In this document: in pieces, positions 49,954 to 63,400 of the stretch
Numbering within the stretch: the first letter of the stretch is position 1
How the letters are laid out: every line of letters begins with the position of its first letter
DNA from: Lingula anatina
Lineage: Eukaryota > Animalia > Brachiopoda
NCBI GenBank assembly: GCA_051362555.1
Contig: CM120643.1
Location: 17,798,848 to 17,862,847 of the forward strand
Direction of reading: 5' to 3'
DNA: 64,000 nt
Notes under the pieces: model-generated
The model's database searches: none
What the model was told of the DNA's origin: nothing
Seen by the model: the letters and a program-made list of their open reading frames with translations, nothing else
Position numbers and translations under genes: made by a program

Positions 49954-52748
49954 CGGCATTTTAGAGTCAAGGGCCCTCAGGTTTATCACGGTGTCGGTCT
50001 GTATAGCCCTGCAGTTCATGAGGAATAAACTACTGATTCATTTTGAAACTGAGCTGAATAATATCCTGATCAGGCCTAACCAACTACCAGACTCGGCACC
50101 TAAGGATCCTGAATTAACCGGTTTATCGGACCACACCACCCGTTTACAAGGTGTGTGTCAGATCGCATTTCGGAGTATCATACTCCAGAACAAATTTTGT
50201 AGGACGACTGCGGGCTCATCCACGCTCGGCTGAACAACCTTAAACTGTACTCTTACTTTAGAGTATTCTATTTCATTGTCTCTATGGGGGTATATGGGGA
50301 CTTTACGAAATTCGCTTTGAATGTTTTAACCACTTTTGATAGGGCTTTTTTGCATTGTATTAGATTAATGTGGCAGTCTAAGGTTCATCTAGGTGGCTTT
50401 CAAATTTATGCACCCGGTTTTAAAATCATATAGCGATTAAATACGACAATCGTTTATTATCCAATCAAGGTGACAGCAGAGCGTGGGCTCATCCTGTCGG
50501 TGTTCTTACTGATACTCCGAAATGCGATCTGACACACACCTTGAAAACGGGTAGTGTGGTCCGATAAACCGGTTAATTCAGGATCCTTAGGTGCCGAGTC
50601 TGGTAGTTGGTTAGGCCTGCTGATTAACCGGAATGGCATCCCCAAAAGCTACCATTTCATTAATAAGGCTTTTTAGTTCTCAAATCTTCCATAACAAATT
50701 AACCATACGACGCATTTTAACCTTTGAGACTTTGACTTTCAGATTGCATTTCTTCCTTTGTGTTATGAAATGAAATTAGAAGCACGTTGTATCCACTCAC
50801 TTTAAGTTGTCACTGGAAACCCCTCTTTTGTCAACATATCTGTGTCCCATTTATAGTGCAATAGAGAAACGGAGCGGGGTACGTGGATTTTCTATGTTGA
50901 TGCTGTCAAGTAGTTGTGGTTAATCTATTTGTAATCTATTCGTCTTTGCTTCTTTTTTTCAGTGTGATTTGGGGTCCGCCCACCACTGTGACGAGAGCGG
51001 AGAGAGTAGCTGGGGACCGAGGATGGTAGCTTACACCATCACCAAGAACCTCGCCCCGGAAATTCTCATGCGCACTTCCGCGTCCGTTCAGGCGGATTAC
51101 TTTGCTCTGGGTGTGATGATCTTGAAGTTGTACGTTGGAAGGTAAAAAATATTACCTGATCACAGTGATTTGAGAAATGAGTACAGAGGTGTTCATGTCG
51201 CGAAAAGTCTTCATTTAATTGTGTGATCTTTTAATATATTTTTCTCTACTGCGGCATATAGAACAAAATATATCCAATTTTTTACGCACAGAAAGTCTTG
51301 TTGTTTTTTCACTGAAACTTCAATTATTTTGTTACTCTTATACATTATTATTTAGTAAAATTTCTACATTACCTTAGGATAGACTTTCTTATGTGGTCAT
51401 CGCAATGTAAAGACATCTTGTTACCCAGCGGGCTAATTACATTATTTGTGGTACAATAAAATTTTTATTGGAATTAGAGGTCCTTCTAAACTTTTTTACA
51501 ATATTCATTCATGCAGAATTTTTATTTCGATTTCTTCTGTAGACACCCTCTCTGGTACAACGAGCCACGCGGCAGAGCAGGCATCAAAGTGAAAATCCTG
51601 ACTGGAAATATTCTCCACGCCGACTATGCAGAACCGACATTCCGGGAGTTTGCTGAGAAATTGGTCTGTTGAGCTGCTTTCTTCGTAATTTATGTGTATA
51701 TCACTAAAACGTTTTTTATTATCTTTTAAACATTTACTATTTCCAGTGATAAAGTCAACAGAGTGAAGGACGTGAATGGCATATTGCGTCTTCGGTAAGA
51801 GTTCGCTAGCTATTTCACCTTCATATAACTGAGATAGAAGAATTTCCTTTTCTTTCTTATTCTTTGTTCCTTTTTTGTAGTTGCTTTAAAACCTTTCTTT
51901 TCCCTTTATTTTTTTCATTTTCATTTTTGTTTGCTTGTTTTCCTCAGTTGGCTTGCTGATTATCACACTAACGTGTTTCCCATGGACTGCAGGTCTTAAT
52001 TCCCCTATTCTTGCTTTTGTGCAGGTACTTGCTTTTTCTTTCTTCTCGCCTCCTGTCTTCTCGTACTTCTGTGTATGTATTTGTGGTTTTTCCTAGTTTG
52101 CAACAAAGTTAGGTGTGTGCAGGCACACAGCTGCACGCATGTAAGTTTGTGTAGTTTAGATATGGGTGGGTATAGATTGCTATTACCCGTGAATAAAGCC
52201 TGGGTTACTCGCTTGGTGCAGGTGGGTTTACCTATGTTCTTATTTATAGCCATAAGAACTGTTTAAACTGTGCAATACGTTTCACGCCCATGTTCACACG
52301 TAAATACATCCGTGGATTAATTTGTTGCCATTACATTCAAAATTGATTTTTTACTCAATCCGTGTTTTTATTTCTTCTTGCTGCAAGGAATCTGTCCTGA
52401 AAGACATGGAGAGGGTAAGGTTCCCTCCAGCAACGGTGCACCGCCAAACTCACACTACCACACAGGAGGCAGCACTCGCCCCAACTCCTGGCACTGGTGA
52501 AACTCCTGTGCCTTGGGACATACCAGACGACGAGGCGGCAGACGACAACGGCTTGCTTCAGTGGGACGTGCCCAATGACAATGGGGGAAGACAGCGGAAT
52601 AGTGGCCATGGAGATGCCCGGAAATGCAGAAGGTGGCATGATGGCATTGGACATGCCCAGTGATGAGATCGAGGCCGAGGAAGACATGCCCGAGTGGGAT
52701 GCTCCAGTGGGGGATTTCGACTTTGATTTCACCTTTGAGGAGGATTAA
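49954..52748 (+). pseudogene. Kinase pseudogene corresponding to exons 6-11 of the 8.1-12.4 kb kinase
   Basis: Exon homologs at 49954, 50963, 51543, 51747, 51948 and about 52388. Catalytic loop changed to HFETELNN; MITE inside exon 6; GT->TT donor loss at 51669; frameshift in the last exon; exons 1-5 absent. Confidence 0.92.
50071..50619. mobile_element. 549-bp MITE with ~110-bp TIRs inserted in exon 6 of the kinase pseudogene
   Basis: ctgat|caggcctaaccaactaccag...ctggtagttggttaggcctg|ctgat (perfect 5-bp TSD). Removing it restores ILINRNGIPK. Confidence 0.95.
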
Positions 52749-54451
52749 ACACATTTTCTATAGGCGTTGCAACAACAGACAACCCTGACATCCAATACAG
52801 CATATTTCTTAACTCTCTCACAAATTGTAAATATATACTTCGTTTTACCCTATAAAGTATTTACCTCTACACAGAGATATCTATTATTTCAGCAACTTCA
52901 CTGTTTATTAGATATACATATCTCTTTCACAGTGTACATATCTGAACTTTTCTTAATTCCAATAAACATTGAAGACTTTCTATTTCTATATTTCTATATC
53001 ACTGGTGGACCTCCTTGCAGAAAAAGATGAGAACTGGAAACGAGATGTGTATATAATCTGCAGAATTTATTTTTTGTTTTTTTCCCACTGATTTTTAAAT
53101 TTAAATTTAAACTTAGAAGTTAATTTTTTTTTTGAAAAAGAAAAAGCTCAAATGTAAATAAAATATCTGACAGTATCAATGTGTGTGAAAATAGTTTAAA
53201 TGCGGTTAATTGGATTAAATAAAGAATGGTATATTGCGGTACAACAGACTTATTATTCTTCATACTGGTGTTGTCGTCTACTGAAGCAAGATACAGAGCA
53301 TTCGGTTTAAAATAGTGACCGAAGTGTCAATAACGCTTCACCCTCAAGCCTGCATCGATCTATAAAAGTAATTCCTCTTTTTGCACTAATAAGCCCTTTA
53401 ATCATGAAAAGGTTGTAATAGGGGTGGACCACAATACTGTCCTATGTACATTTTGACACAATGATCACAGACATTTCTCTGGTTATTCACTATCTGTGCA
53501 CGTGTCTGGTATTGTCAGGTTTGTGAGCTACATTCTGAAGCCAGCTAATATTGATTGTCATGACTTTTAATTCCTTGGACTGTGTCCACCAATAACGAAG
53601 GTAGATAGATTTGACTTTTCACTTTGTTTTGGAAGTATTTGGATTTTAGAATTGGTGTTAGGTTGTTATGCTTACGTAAATCTTTTTGGCCACGAGATAT
53701 GGGGGAACACAAGAAGGTTCACAGGGTCTTTAAGTTAAAATTACAAAAGTGCAATTTTCCTGGGATGTCAAGTAATATTTAACTCTCTTTCTTTTCAAAA
53801 GCTTGTCATATTATTTGACAAAATTAGAATTTTTCATACTATTAAGCAAATCATTTTATTCTGCGAAAAAAAGAGCAACTGCAGTTGCAGCGAGATACAC
53901 ATGTAGGACATTAAAAATTAACATTTGAAAAAGAAAAGTGCATTACAGTTATTAAATCGATAGTTAGTAGAAATAAACTGAACAAAATTAACCGTTTTCA
54001 TTAATATAATAATTGATGTATACACAGAACGTCATTTTCGATATGATTTAATTGCGGAATCACCTGTTTCTTTATAATCCCATTAAATTAATTAAAGTGT
54101 TTATTGTATTAAATTAGGTGAACGTATGTAATAAAAATGACCAATTTATTTAATTTCATTGTTTTTCAATTAGCAGCTCCGATGCAGTTCATATAAAATT
54201 TCCATCACTCTTCATATTTTCTTCATACCCTGTACATGTACAATTTCTTTTTCGATAATCGAAGTTGTCTTTGCAATAAGTGACTAATGGCATAAGTTTT
54301 CATAAACAAAAGCAAAAAAGAAAAGGCATAAGCAGTTCAATCACAACAAGTTCAGCTTAACTAAATTTTCTAATTCGAAGTCCAGGCGAAGTGTTGTTTG
54401 GTTCCATGTTTTCAGAAAAGTGACGTCATCCTTTCACTTTACTTAAAGGCG

Positions 54452-57400
54452 TCACTGAATAACCGGTGAAACACTAGCAACTTTCAAATCTGAAGACCTC
54501 ACCTGAAACGAAATTCCATCTTGACCATATATGGAATAACCTATTTTCGTTTGCATTTCATCTTATGAACATTTCATTGTGACTTTTATTTTGCACTGTA
54601 TTAAAAATTAAATAAATAGCAAACAAAAACATCTATCACGTATAAAGAGTTATTGGGCCAATTTGATGCATCTTACACGTCATCAACACATTGACTTTAA
54701 ACATCCTTAAGGAACATGTAGTTTGAAACATATAGTTTGAAACAAATTGCGAATATAGTAGCTATCACACAGAAAGGAAAGATGTGAATAACGTTCAACA
54801 CTAGAGTCAACTTACCATTTTCTGGGAAACAGTAGAAATGCCGGCATTGCTATAAACGGTGACTTCTGACCTCAGTCCTGAGTTTGGTAAGGTCGCACCT
54901 CCAGGAGTGAGGAACAAACTGACAAAGGTACACTTGCCCTTTACCATGTTACAAGTACAGTCAAGGGGGTTACACGTACCATCAGGCACCTGGCACAAGA
55001 AATGATGAAATTATTATATCACATTTTTACCTTCCCAAGGATACACAAAGCAGTATTCGAAGCTAATCTATACCACAAAGGTAAAGAAATTTTATGGCGT
55101 ACATTAAATATACATTTAATTATGTGTAAACCCTGTTTTACCATTAATTAAATGTACAAATTGTATATTTTCCTTATGATTTTGAAGAAGCGTTGCAAAA
55201 ATGTAGACAGAAAATATCAAAATATTCTATATGCCTTATTTAACCTATCAACATTATCATGACGCAAAAATTAACATTTGACTCAAATAAACTGTATGAG
55301 TTCCAGGAAAAAAAAGGAACGTTGGCCATGCCGTGGCCACCTGACACGTTCAACCGTCCAAACGGTCTTCTTTACATTAAAGGGATAATACCTCTTCATA
55401 TGAGATCTATATTTCACAATAAAAACATTGTGAACAACTCATAGAAATAGAATATATTCTGTTTTACCACAAAAACAGCAGTTTTAGCTATTATTCTGAT
55501 ATCTGAGTTTGTCTTTAGACCACGTGACTTCCATTGATGTCCATACTCTGTTATAATCTCTTAAGAGATTATAACAAAAAAAAAAAACAAACTTTTTAGA
55601 AAAAAACTAGGGACTAACTTTGAATGTAAAAATGGATTCATTAACCACTGGTAAGTATGGGAAAATTGTTGCTTACTCCAGGAAAATTCATTTTTTGGCC
55701 AGAGCAAAGAGTTATTATCCCTTTAAGGTACGGATGTACCCAAATATAGCTAAAAATCGTCATTTTTGGTTTTTTATGTCTAATTATTGGTTAAATGTGT
55801 ATCTAACGTTTAACAGAATAAAATTTTTACATTTTGAACAAAAAATATGTTTTTTCTGAGGATTCTGATGCTGCACACATCGGCACCAGTGGCCTGGTCT
55901 ATGCCCCGCCTTCGTTGTCAAGGGCCGTTGGCATGGGTAAACTCGGTGGGCGGACCTTAGCAGCATCAGCACGTCTAGGGAAACAATCATAAACAGCGCT
56001 TGGCAAAGCAGTGCCTATTGTTCCGCTAAAGCTGTTTTGATAGTCGCTCTTGATTGTGATCAGCGCTAAGATGAATCTTTTCCGACACATTGGATTTGCT
56101 CGAAATACGCGTTCTCCCTTGAATATTGCTTGTTGTTACACGCGCTCTTTCGATTTTCTTGTTAACTTTTTGAGATACGCAAAAAAAAAAAAAAAAGAAG
56201 AAAATTCCGTTGTTTGCTTCCCGTGACAACAATCGTCATACTTTCTATCCATTTTCGACAACAGCTCGATGCAGTTGTTAGATTTTAAAAATCTTAACAT
56301 GGGCGTAACTAGGCATACGCACGGATGCACTGTTCGTACAATTTTTTGGCCAACCATGGTATTATTTCATATAAATTTAGTGTATTTTTCACGGAATATA
56401 AAGAAATCCTCTGCTTATTAAAGTCACCTGTAGGAACAAATCCTCTGTATCAATTGTATAGGCACAATTATTCTGACCCCCCCCCCCCCCCCCACGTCTT
56501 GCATACTTTTATTGAACTGAGGTAAACAATGCCTGAAACCTTGACAAGTTTTATCTTAATCGTCCATCTAACTGGAACTTCCTTTACCTCTTAATTGGAG
56601 GGTTCAGTGGCCCACAACTCTCCTGAAGCCTTGCTGGCGATATTTAGCTCAGGTAAAAATCTACCTGAGTGTTATTTTCAAAGAGCAGCTCCCGCAACCC
56701 TGAGGGCACTAGATAAAATCTGGACACCAGGTTTTATAAGGACCTAGAGAAACAAAGGAATGATTTTTCCTGCAAAGCGTCAAAGAATTTTGAAACGGAA
56801 TTGACCCAGCTTTTTTCTTCAACAATTATCGCAGAATTTTTCCTGGCTCACCCAACTTTAGACATTTCCTCTAACAAAACCTTTTTGGTTGCGTCTATTT
56901 CTTGTTGTTGATGGTCCGATCGGCGTCCTGTAACACGACCGTATTTTCGAACCATTTTTCGCTTGGCGAATGTGGACAAGACCGCCTGCGATGCTGCTAT
57001 TGTGTGCACATCCTAGAGCGCATCCCTAACACTCTCCCCGACGGCAATTGACGTGGCCACTGATTGCTTGAGTCATTAGGGCTTACTTGATTGCCTGTCA
57101 ATCATTCTGGCAGTGCTAGCGGTAACCCCTTGAAGTTACTAACAGGAGGTGAGATTGATACAAAAATAAGATTTTCTGACATCCAAACGTATGCAAACAA
57201 GCTAATTTCAACCGGCAATAGAGTGCCAATCTTCGCGATCGTCAGAACGATAACAGGTAAAGCTGTCAACAATTTAATTTGCTTATTTGGACAATTAACC
57301 TCCCTGAAAGTGTTTTTGCTCGTTTTCTTTGCTTTCAATATTGACAAGATAGCGTTATTTTAGCAAGCTATAACTGTCTACCTGTACACCTGAGGGAGAC

Positions 57401-60400
57401 CAAATTCGCCATGCTAATTATGAAAAGTATGCACTAAAAGTGCTTTTTAAGAAATTTTGATTGATCCTCTCTTTTCTCATTTATAGACTTTGAAAGTGAA
57501 AATTCCCTAATATTTTGATGTAATTTCACGTTTTTATAGATAAAATCAACAATAAGTGTCTGAAGAAAAATCCCTGACTCCATGCTGTAGTACTTTGTTC
57601 AAGTGTTATAATGCCATCAAAAGCAAGTTTATAGCTGTCCAGGTGCCTGAGAAAATCAGGTGTAGAAAAATGGTGTTTTTGTCCCCAAAATCCCAATATT
57701 ACGTCACACGATGAAGTTAGAGCTGTGTTCCAAGCATAATTAGATATTTTGAAGATACATTAAATGAATGTGACAGGAATAAAAAAGCCAAGACCTTTAT
57801 TTTAAGAGAAAATCTCAAACCTACATCCCCACCTTAATGTCAGCCAGCAAACGCCAGATGCCACCTAGATTCAAGAACAGAGCGCGCCTCTGCTATATTC
57901 TCCAAGGTTTGGACACTACACGCAAACCAAAAAGGCTGTGCACATGTTACCCATTACTCACAGAAAAGTTCCGACCAAATACTAAGGCTCCGTCTGTCAG
58001 GTTGAACAGCTTCCACTCAATGCGATCTATTCCGCTCTCTAACTCCTGGGCAGTAAGGTGAATTCTAAAAATGGAAGTAGAAATTAGTGGTTCGTAGTGG
58101 TCATCATTTAGTTGCAAATGTCGTAGGAGACCATCATCTTACATAATGTCGGCAATAGCTGACCAACAATTTGCAGATTATATCAATCAGATGTATTTCA
58201 ATGACATGCACATCTTTTTGCGTGTTCACTAAAATATCTGTGTTTTACAATTTGAAAAAACAAAAAGTTTTCTTTCAAAACAACTTCTGAAATTTTTATT
58301 CGAGTAAAAATATGTAAAGTGCATAATACACTACTGGCTCACCTTCCCATCCCGTTAAACACACTCTGAGCGTTTACAGTTGGGGCTACAGAGTAAACCT
58401 TGACTGTCACACTGTCGATGACATCACTTCCCATGGCGTCAACAGCCTTAACCCAAACTCTGGTGACACGTGCTGACTTAGGAACTGTGATGTTGTACTG
58501 TTGGGTTGTAGGATCAGGCAAAGTGTTCCAGACAGCTGGACTCGAAACATTGGCAGCAGAATCAGATTCAAAGAACATGAAAGCGATCTTGAATTGAACA
58601 ATTCCATCGACGTTCTAGAATGCAAAAAGTGTGTAGACCAATTTGTCATACAACTGAATACGTTCATCCAAAAGCTTGTATATTACTTCTGCAAATGTAT
58701 GTTAGTAAAACGACCTCGAACATAATTTGTGTTACACTAAAAGTGTTATAGATACGTTAAGTATGCTCATCAGAAAAGAATTACTTGTGCTTACCTTAGC
58801 CCCTGCAACATTATTCTGAAACTCGCGGTCGTCATAGCCAGGCTCTATAGCAGGGATGAAACCGTCGATTCGTCCAAAGAAACCGTTATCCGTGTGAAAC
58901 TGGTTAACAAACACACCTTGAAAGTCTACAGTTATCACATCAGTGGCCGCGTTTAGCCATCCGCCATTGCTACCGATTATTCTAACACGGGCGCCGGCGG
59001 CTATCTCTGGTTTGTGTTTGCTGACGTCATCATAGAGAACAAACCGACGAGCTAGGATACTGTTACCAGCTTTATCATGTACTTTTAACACAACCGAGTG
59101 CAGTCCGTAATCGTTCAGCTTCACATCCACAGGTAACCTATCACCAGGATAGACTACCCCGGTAAAAGCTGGGTTATGGACGCTTGTGTCTTCCGTGAGG
59201 AGTCCTTTTGACCCGTTGTGCAGCCGGTAAATGGTATAGGTATAGTTGGCTATGCCCGAGGCAGCATCCACCCATCCTGACCAGGCAAGCTTCAGGTCAG
59301 ACTGGAAGACGAATGTTAAGCTGTTAGTTTACAAGTATCCATATTGGTTTTTGTACGGCTTTTTACATCCGCCCAGGTGGTTTTGTTTTCACGTTCGTTT
59401 GGCTGTTTGTTCGTTACCAGCTTTACTTTAAAAAGTAACGGGTGGATTTTGAAGTAATTTTCAGGAAAAGTAAAAAACGGGCTAATTTAAAAGTGCTTTG
59501 ATTTTGGTGGTGGTTTGTTATCAATATCACTATCTGAAACAAAGAATTTTAGGGGATTCTTTACCATCGCCAAATAAGGCCAATGACCTTGACCTTGTAC
59601 GATGGATGTGGTTTCAAGTACCCCATGTATCATTGCTGGATGCTTGCCGGAGTTCTGCACTCTCTGAGCGCATTTCTTGTATTCATTTTAGAACAAATTT
59701 CACTTGGCTTAGCAAAAGTTTGGTTGGAAATTAAGCAGATCAAAAACAAGGCTATATGTAATACCTTTCATTTCCGTTTTGGTATATGTTAAAATGGATC
59801 AGATAAGATGTGCCTGTTGAATATCCTTACCGTTTTCAGTATCCCGCCTCCAACATCCAGCATCAAGTTCTTGCAACCATAGCTCACAGCACAGTGGAAC
59901 GGACGCATGAAGTCAAACCTCAGTTCTATTTGTTTTCGGATTGACTGACCCTGGTAGTATTTACGAATAGAGGGAGACCGAGCTGGTGGCTGCAGGTCGA
60001 TGTAGCCGCCATTTTGTGCATAAGCTGTCAGTTGTACCCTAAAAAACGAGAGGAATGGTTTTGGGCTTAAATGATCTTCAGGAGCGTGCCATTCACTGGA
60101 ACATACTTAGTGCTTTCAAATACTTAGATTTAAGATTTTTACCGACTTTTCTTCATGTGCAATTAATCAAAACCTTGTTCTTCTGACAAAAACAAACTGC
60201 CTACTATGTTTTTGAGTACAAATTCGGCATCCTTGAATGTCTTCAAAAGTTAGGTGTAACATGTACCAGAGTCCACTTTATTAAATTACAATGCTTTACA
60301 TACAGTACCTTACCAGTGGCAGGGAGCGCATTGTGTTAATTTTCCGATACATATAATCTGGCAGAGAAAACCTACTGCTCTGAAAGTTCCATATTCCTTG

Positions 60401-63400
60401 TTTGTTAGAAAACCTCTACGGTACAATTACCGCAACTGATACTCTGACGTATTGGAAAAAGGCATACAGGGTATGTGGTGAGGTGACAAAATTAGTCCAA
60501 TTAGCTAAAAGTAATATAGGAGTTGTTGCCACTACTTTACTGTTAAAATAACCCTACTTGCCTGTCGCTGTCGTGGAAAGTCCAGCTAACATGCTGATAT
60601 CCGTAGCAGTTTAAGTAGTGAATGGGCTTGTCTGGACTTGGGTTTGTTTGACAGGTCAGGTTTCCCCTCAGCAGTTCGTAATATCCTGCAAAAATACACA
60701 TATTTCACTTTAATATCACCTATCAGTTTAATAATAGGACCTATACTACATTAAATTTTCACGATAAAATGTTTTTTTCTCGATTTTGCAGACCTATATA
60801 CATGTAGAAAATACGTGATATGGATATTCCTAAATGGACTATTTGGCAAGGTTAATCTGCATATTTAAAAGCCTACTTTTCCTTGGCACCAAGAATCACT
60901 CCGATCTGAAATGCATTTAATCGTACTTAGCAAAGCTTTAAAATTCAAAACGATTGAATTATCACAAAGAACAGGTCAAAAAAAGCAGTCTCGCCTCTGA
61001 CGATGGAGAATAGCATTCCAGACTCGACAATACCGACATCTACGGACGGAATGTAGCCCGGTGGCCGTGGTAGGGAGTGGTTGTAGGTTAAGGTCCAATT
61101 CATTACGACGCCCTGGGCCTTCTTCAGACTAGTGAACCCCAGCGCTATGGTATTAGACACATCGTTGAATTCTATAACTGCCCTGCTTTGGCCGTACACG
61201 ACAGATATCTCTCCTTCAATAAGTATTGGCTTCTCTGCAACTGAAAAGTAAAAGATAAACATCTTTCGGACCAAATAACTTACAATATTAAAATTGAACT
61301 ACTCGACTTCAAATTATAATAATTTGAAATAGATTCGTTTACACCGGTATTGCACAATTGAATGATGCTGCCATCTTTTTTTTTTCTAGAAATCTAGGTT
61401 AGAAATGAGACAAACTATTTGTTAAATCCGCTAAATAAATAAATATATAAATAAATAAAACATACTACTAAGACAGTACTCTCCAGTAAATCCCCTCTCA
61501 CAAGTGCAGTTGTTAAGTCCACATTTCCCAGGGTAACAATGGGTTCCGTCAATTCGCCAAGATGTGGAGCATTCCTCTGCAACAAGAAAAGAAAGTGCCA
61601 ATAGAATAGAATAGAAAAGCAGTGCCAATGCAAACAATGTTTAAATCAAATGCCTCAAAACATTTTCATATGTCTGAAAAAATAGACATTTTTTTCACAA
61701 TTGATGAAATCCTCACGACTTTACCGTTATATTATGTTACTACCTTTAATGGTCACTATCGAGAAAGACGTGGGATAGAATCGGATGAAATACCTGAAAT
61801 TTGACTATTTAACTCCGATAACTTACCTTTGGAGAACTGGTTTGACGCAACACTCTGGAATGCCAGAAAATTTACTAAGTATACGGTATAATTTGATATA
61901 ATTGCAAATTTTTCACAACAGTCTAGTTATAAGATATTTCCTTCATGTTAAAGCAATAATAACTCTTCCTTTGAGATTCAAAATTCCCCATGAAATACAT
62001 TGTAAACAACGCATGGAAATATATTCTATTGTATTTTACCACTAAAACGGCCGTTATTGTAGTAAAACTAAAATCTGTGCTTGTCAATAGGGCTTTCGTG
62101 CCTTTCTTCCCGGTCATCAAGGCATTCGTTGCTAATGACGTAATGGTGTCACGCGGATTCTCGCGTTCATTCGAGACCAAAATAACATATGGCGCCAAAC
62201 GCATTAATACAGACGCAGACGTACGTTGCGAGTTTTTGTACAGTGCGTCGGATAACGAAAAGCCCAGAATGGCACACATTGTGGATATTAATGTATTTTT
62301 TAACAAAAAGACGAATATATCTCATGAATCTTATATAGTGTTGTTGTTGTCTGCTTTTCCCGCGGTTTTAAGTAGGTCAACAGTGACTATGCGATGTCAG
62401 AGAGAGTTCCGTCAGTTAAAATCTCTTAAGAGATTTTAACAAAAAACCGTACGTTTAGGAAAAAAAAACCCTGGATTAACTTTGAATGCAGGAATGGGGT
62501 CGTTGACCATTGGTAAGTACGGGAAAATTGCCGTTTTTTTCCGGGAAAATCCAATTTTTGGCCAAAACGAAGAGTTATTATGACTTTAAAGCTTAATTTT
62601 CTAATTTTCAGCAAAGGGATAAAGGTTAAATAGCAGTAGGCATGCTTCTATCTGGTATTATATTTGACACAATCATTATTATTTTTGCAACATATTATGT
62701 ATGGAAATACTCACAAAAAGTTGGTATGTGGCATTCAACCTGGCCTTGTTGTACACTATGACTTGGATAGAAACGTTGTTCTGGGCAGCACTCATACGCC
62801 GTGGATCGGGCTTCATGGTAACGACTATAGCTTTGCACGTGGCCGCCGGCAGACAGACACATGTTGGCGCATTGCAGTGGTTCTGCAACAAAACGCTTTA
62901 TGTACAAATGTCAGATTCCTCACGCGTTCATCCTTTTTACATCGTTTTTGAAAGTTCCAATGAGGGTCAAAGTGTACGTTTTAAAAGTACCGTATGTTAT
63001 ATATGTTTGTATTGAACGCTGTATGAATATCAATATTGATACAAGGAGAGGCATTGACCAATAGAAGTAAGTCAAATACAGTTGAACAAGCAGAGCTTGT
63101 TATTGGAGCGTCATGGTCAGTGAATTAGTACCTATTTGACATATAAGTAGATATACATTTGCTGTTTTAGATGACAGGGGGGAATGCTTTTTTTCTTTTA
63201 AATAACATCAATAGATTGCTAATTCCTATTTTTACGAAAGATAACAGAGAACACTTTCCCACTCTTTGATACTCTTTTATAAGCTTAAAATATTTATTTC
63301 AGCACACAAGTAATAAGAAGGTGTCATCTACAGGGGTATGATGAGACAATGCATTGACCTATAGCAACTTAAAACTGGTATCATAGGCACAGTAAAGTTA

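Noticed and set aside
61923-62439. Overlapping 127-aa and 149-aa ORFs
   Set aside because: They lie within a copy-2-specific non-autonomous insertion and have no recognisable motifs.
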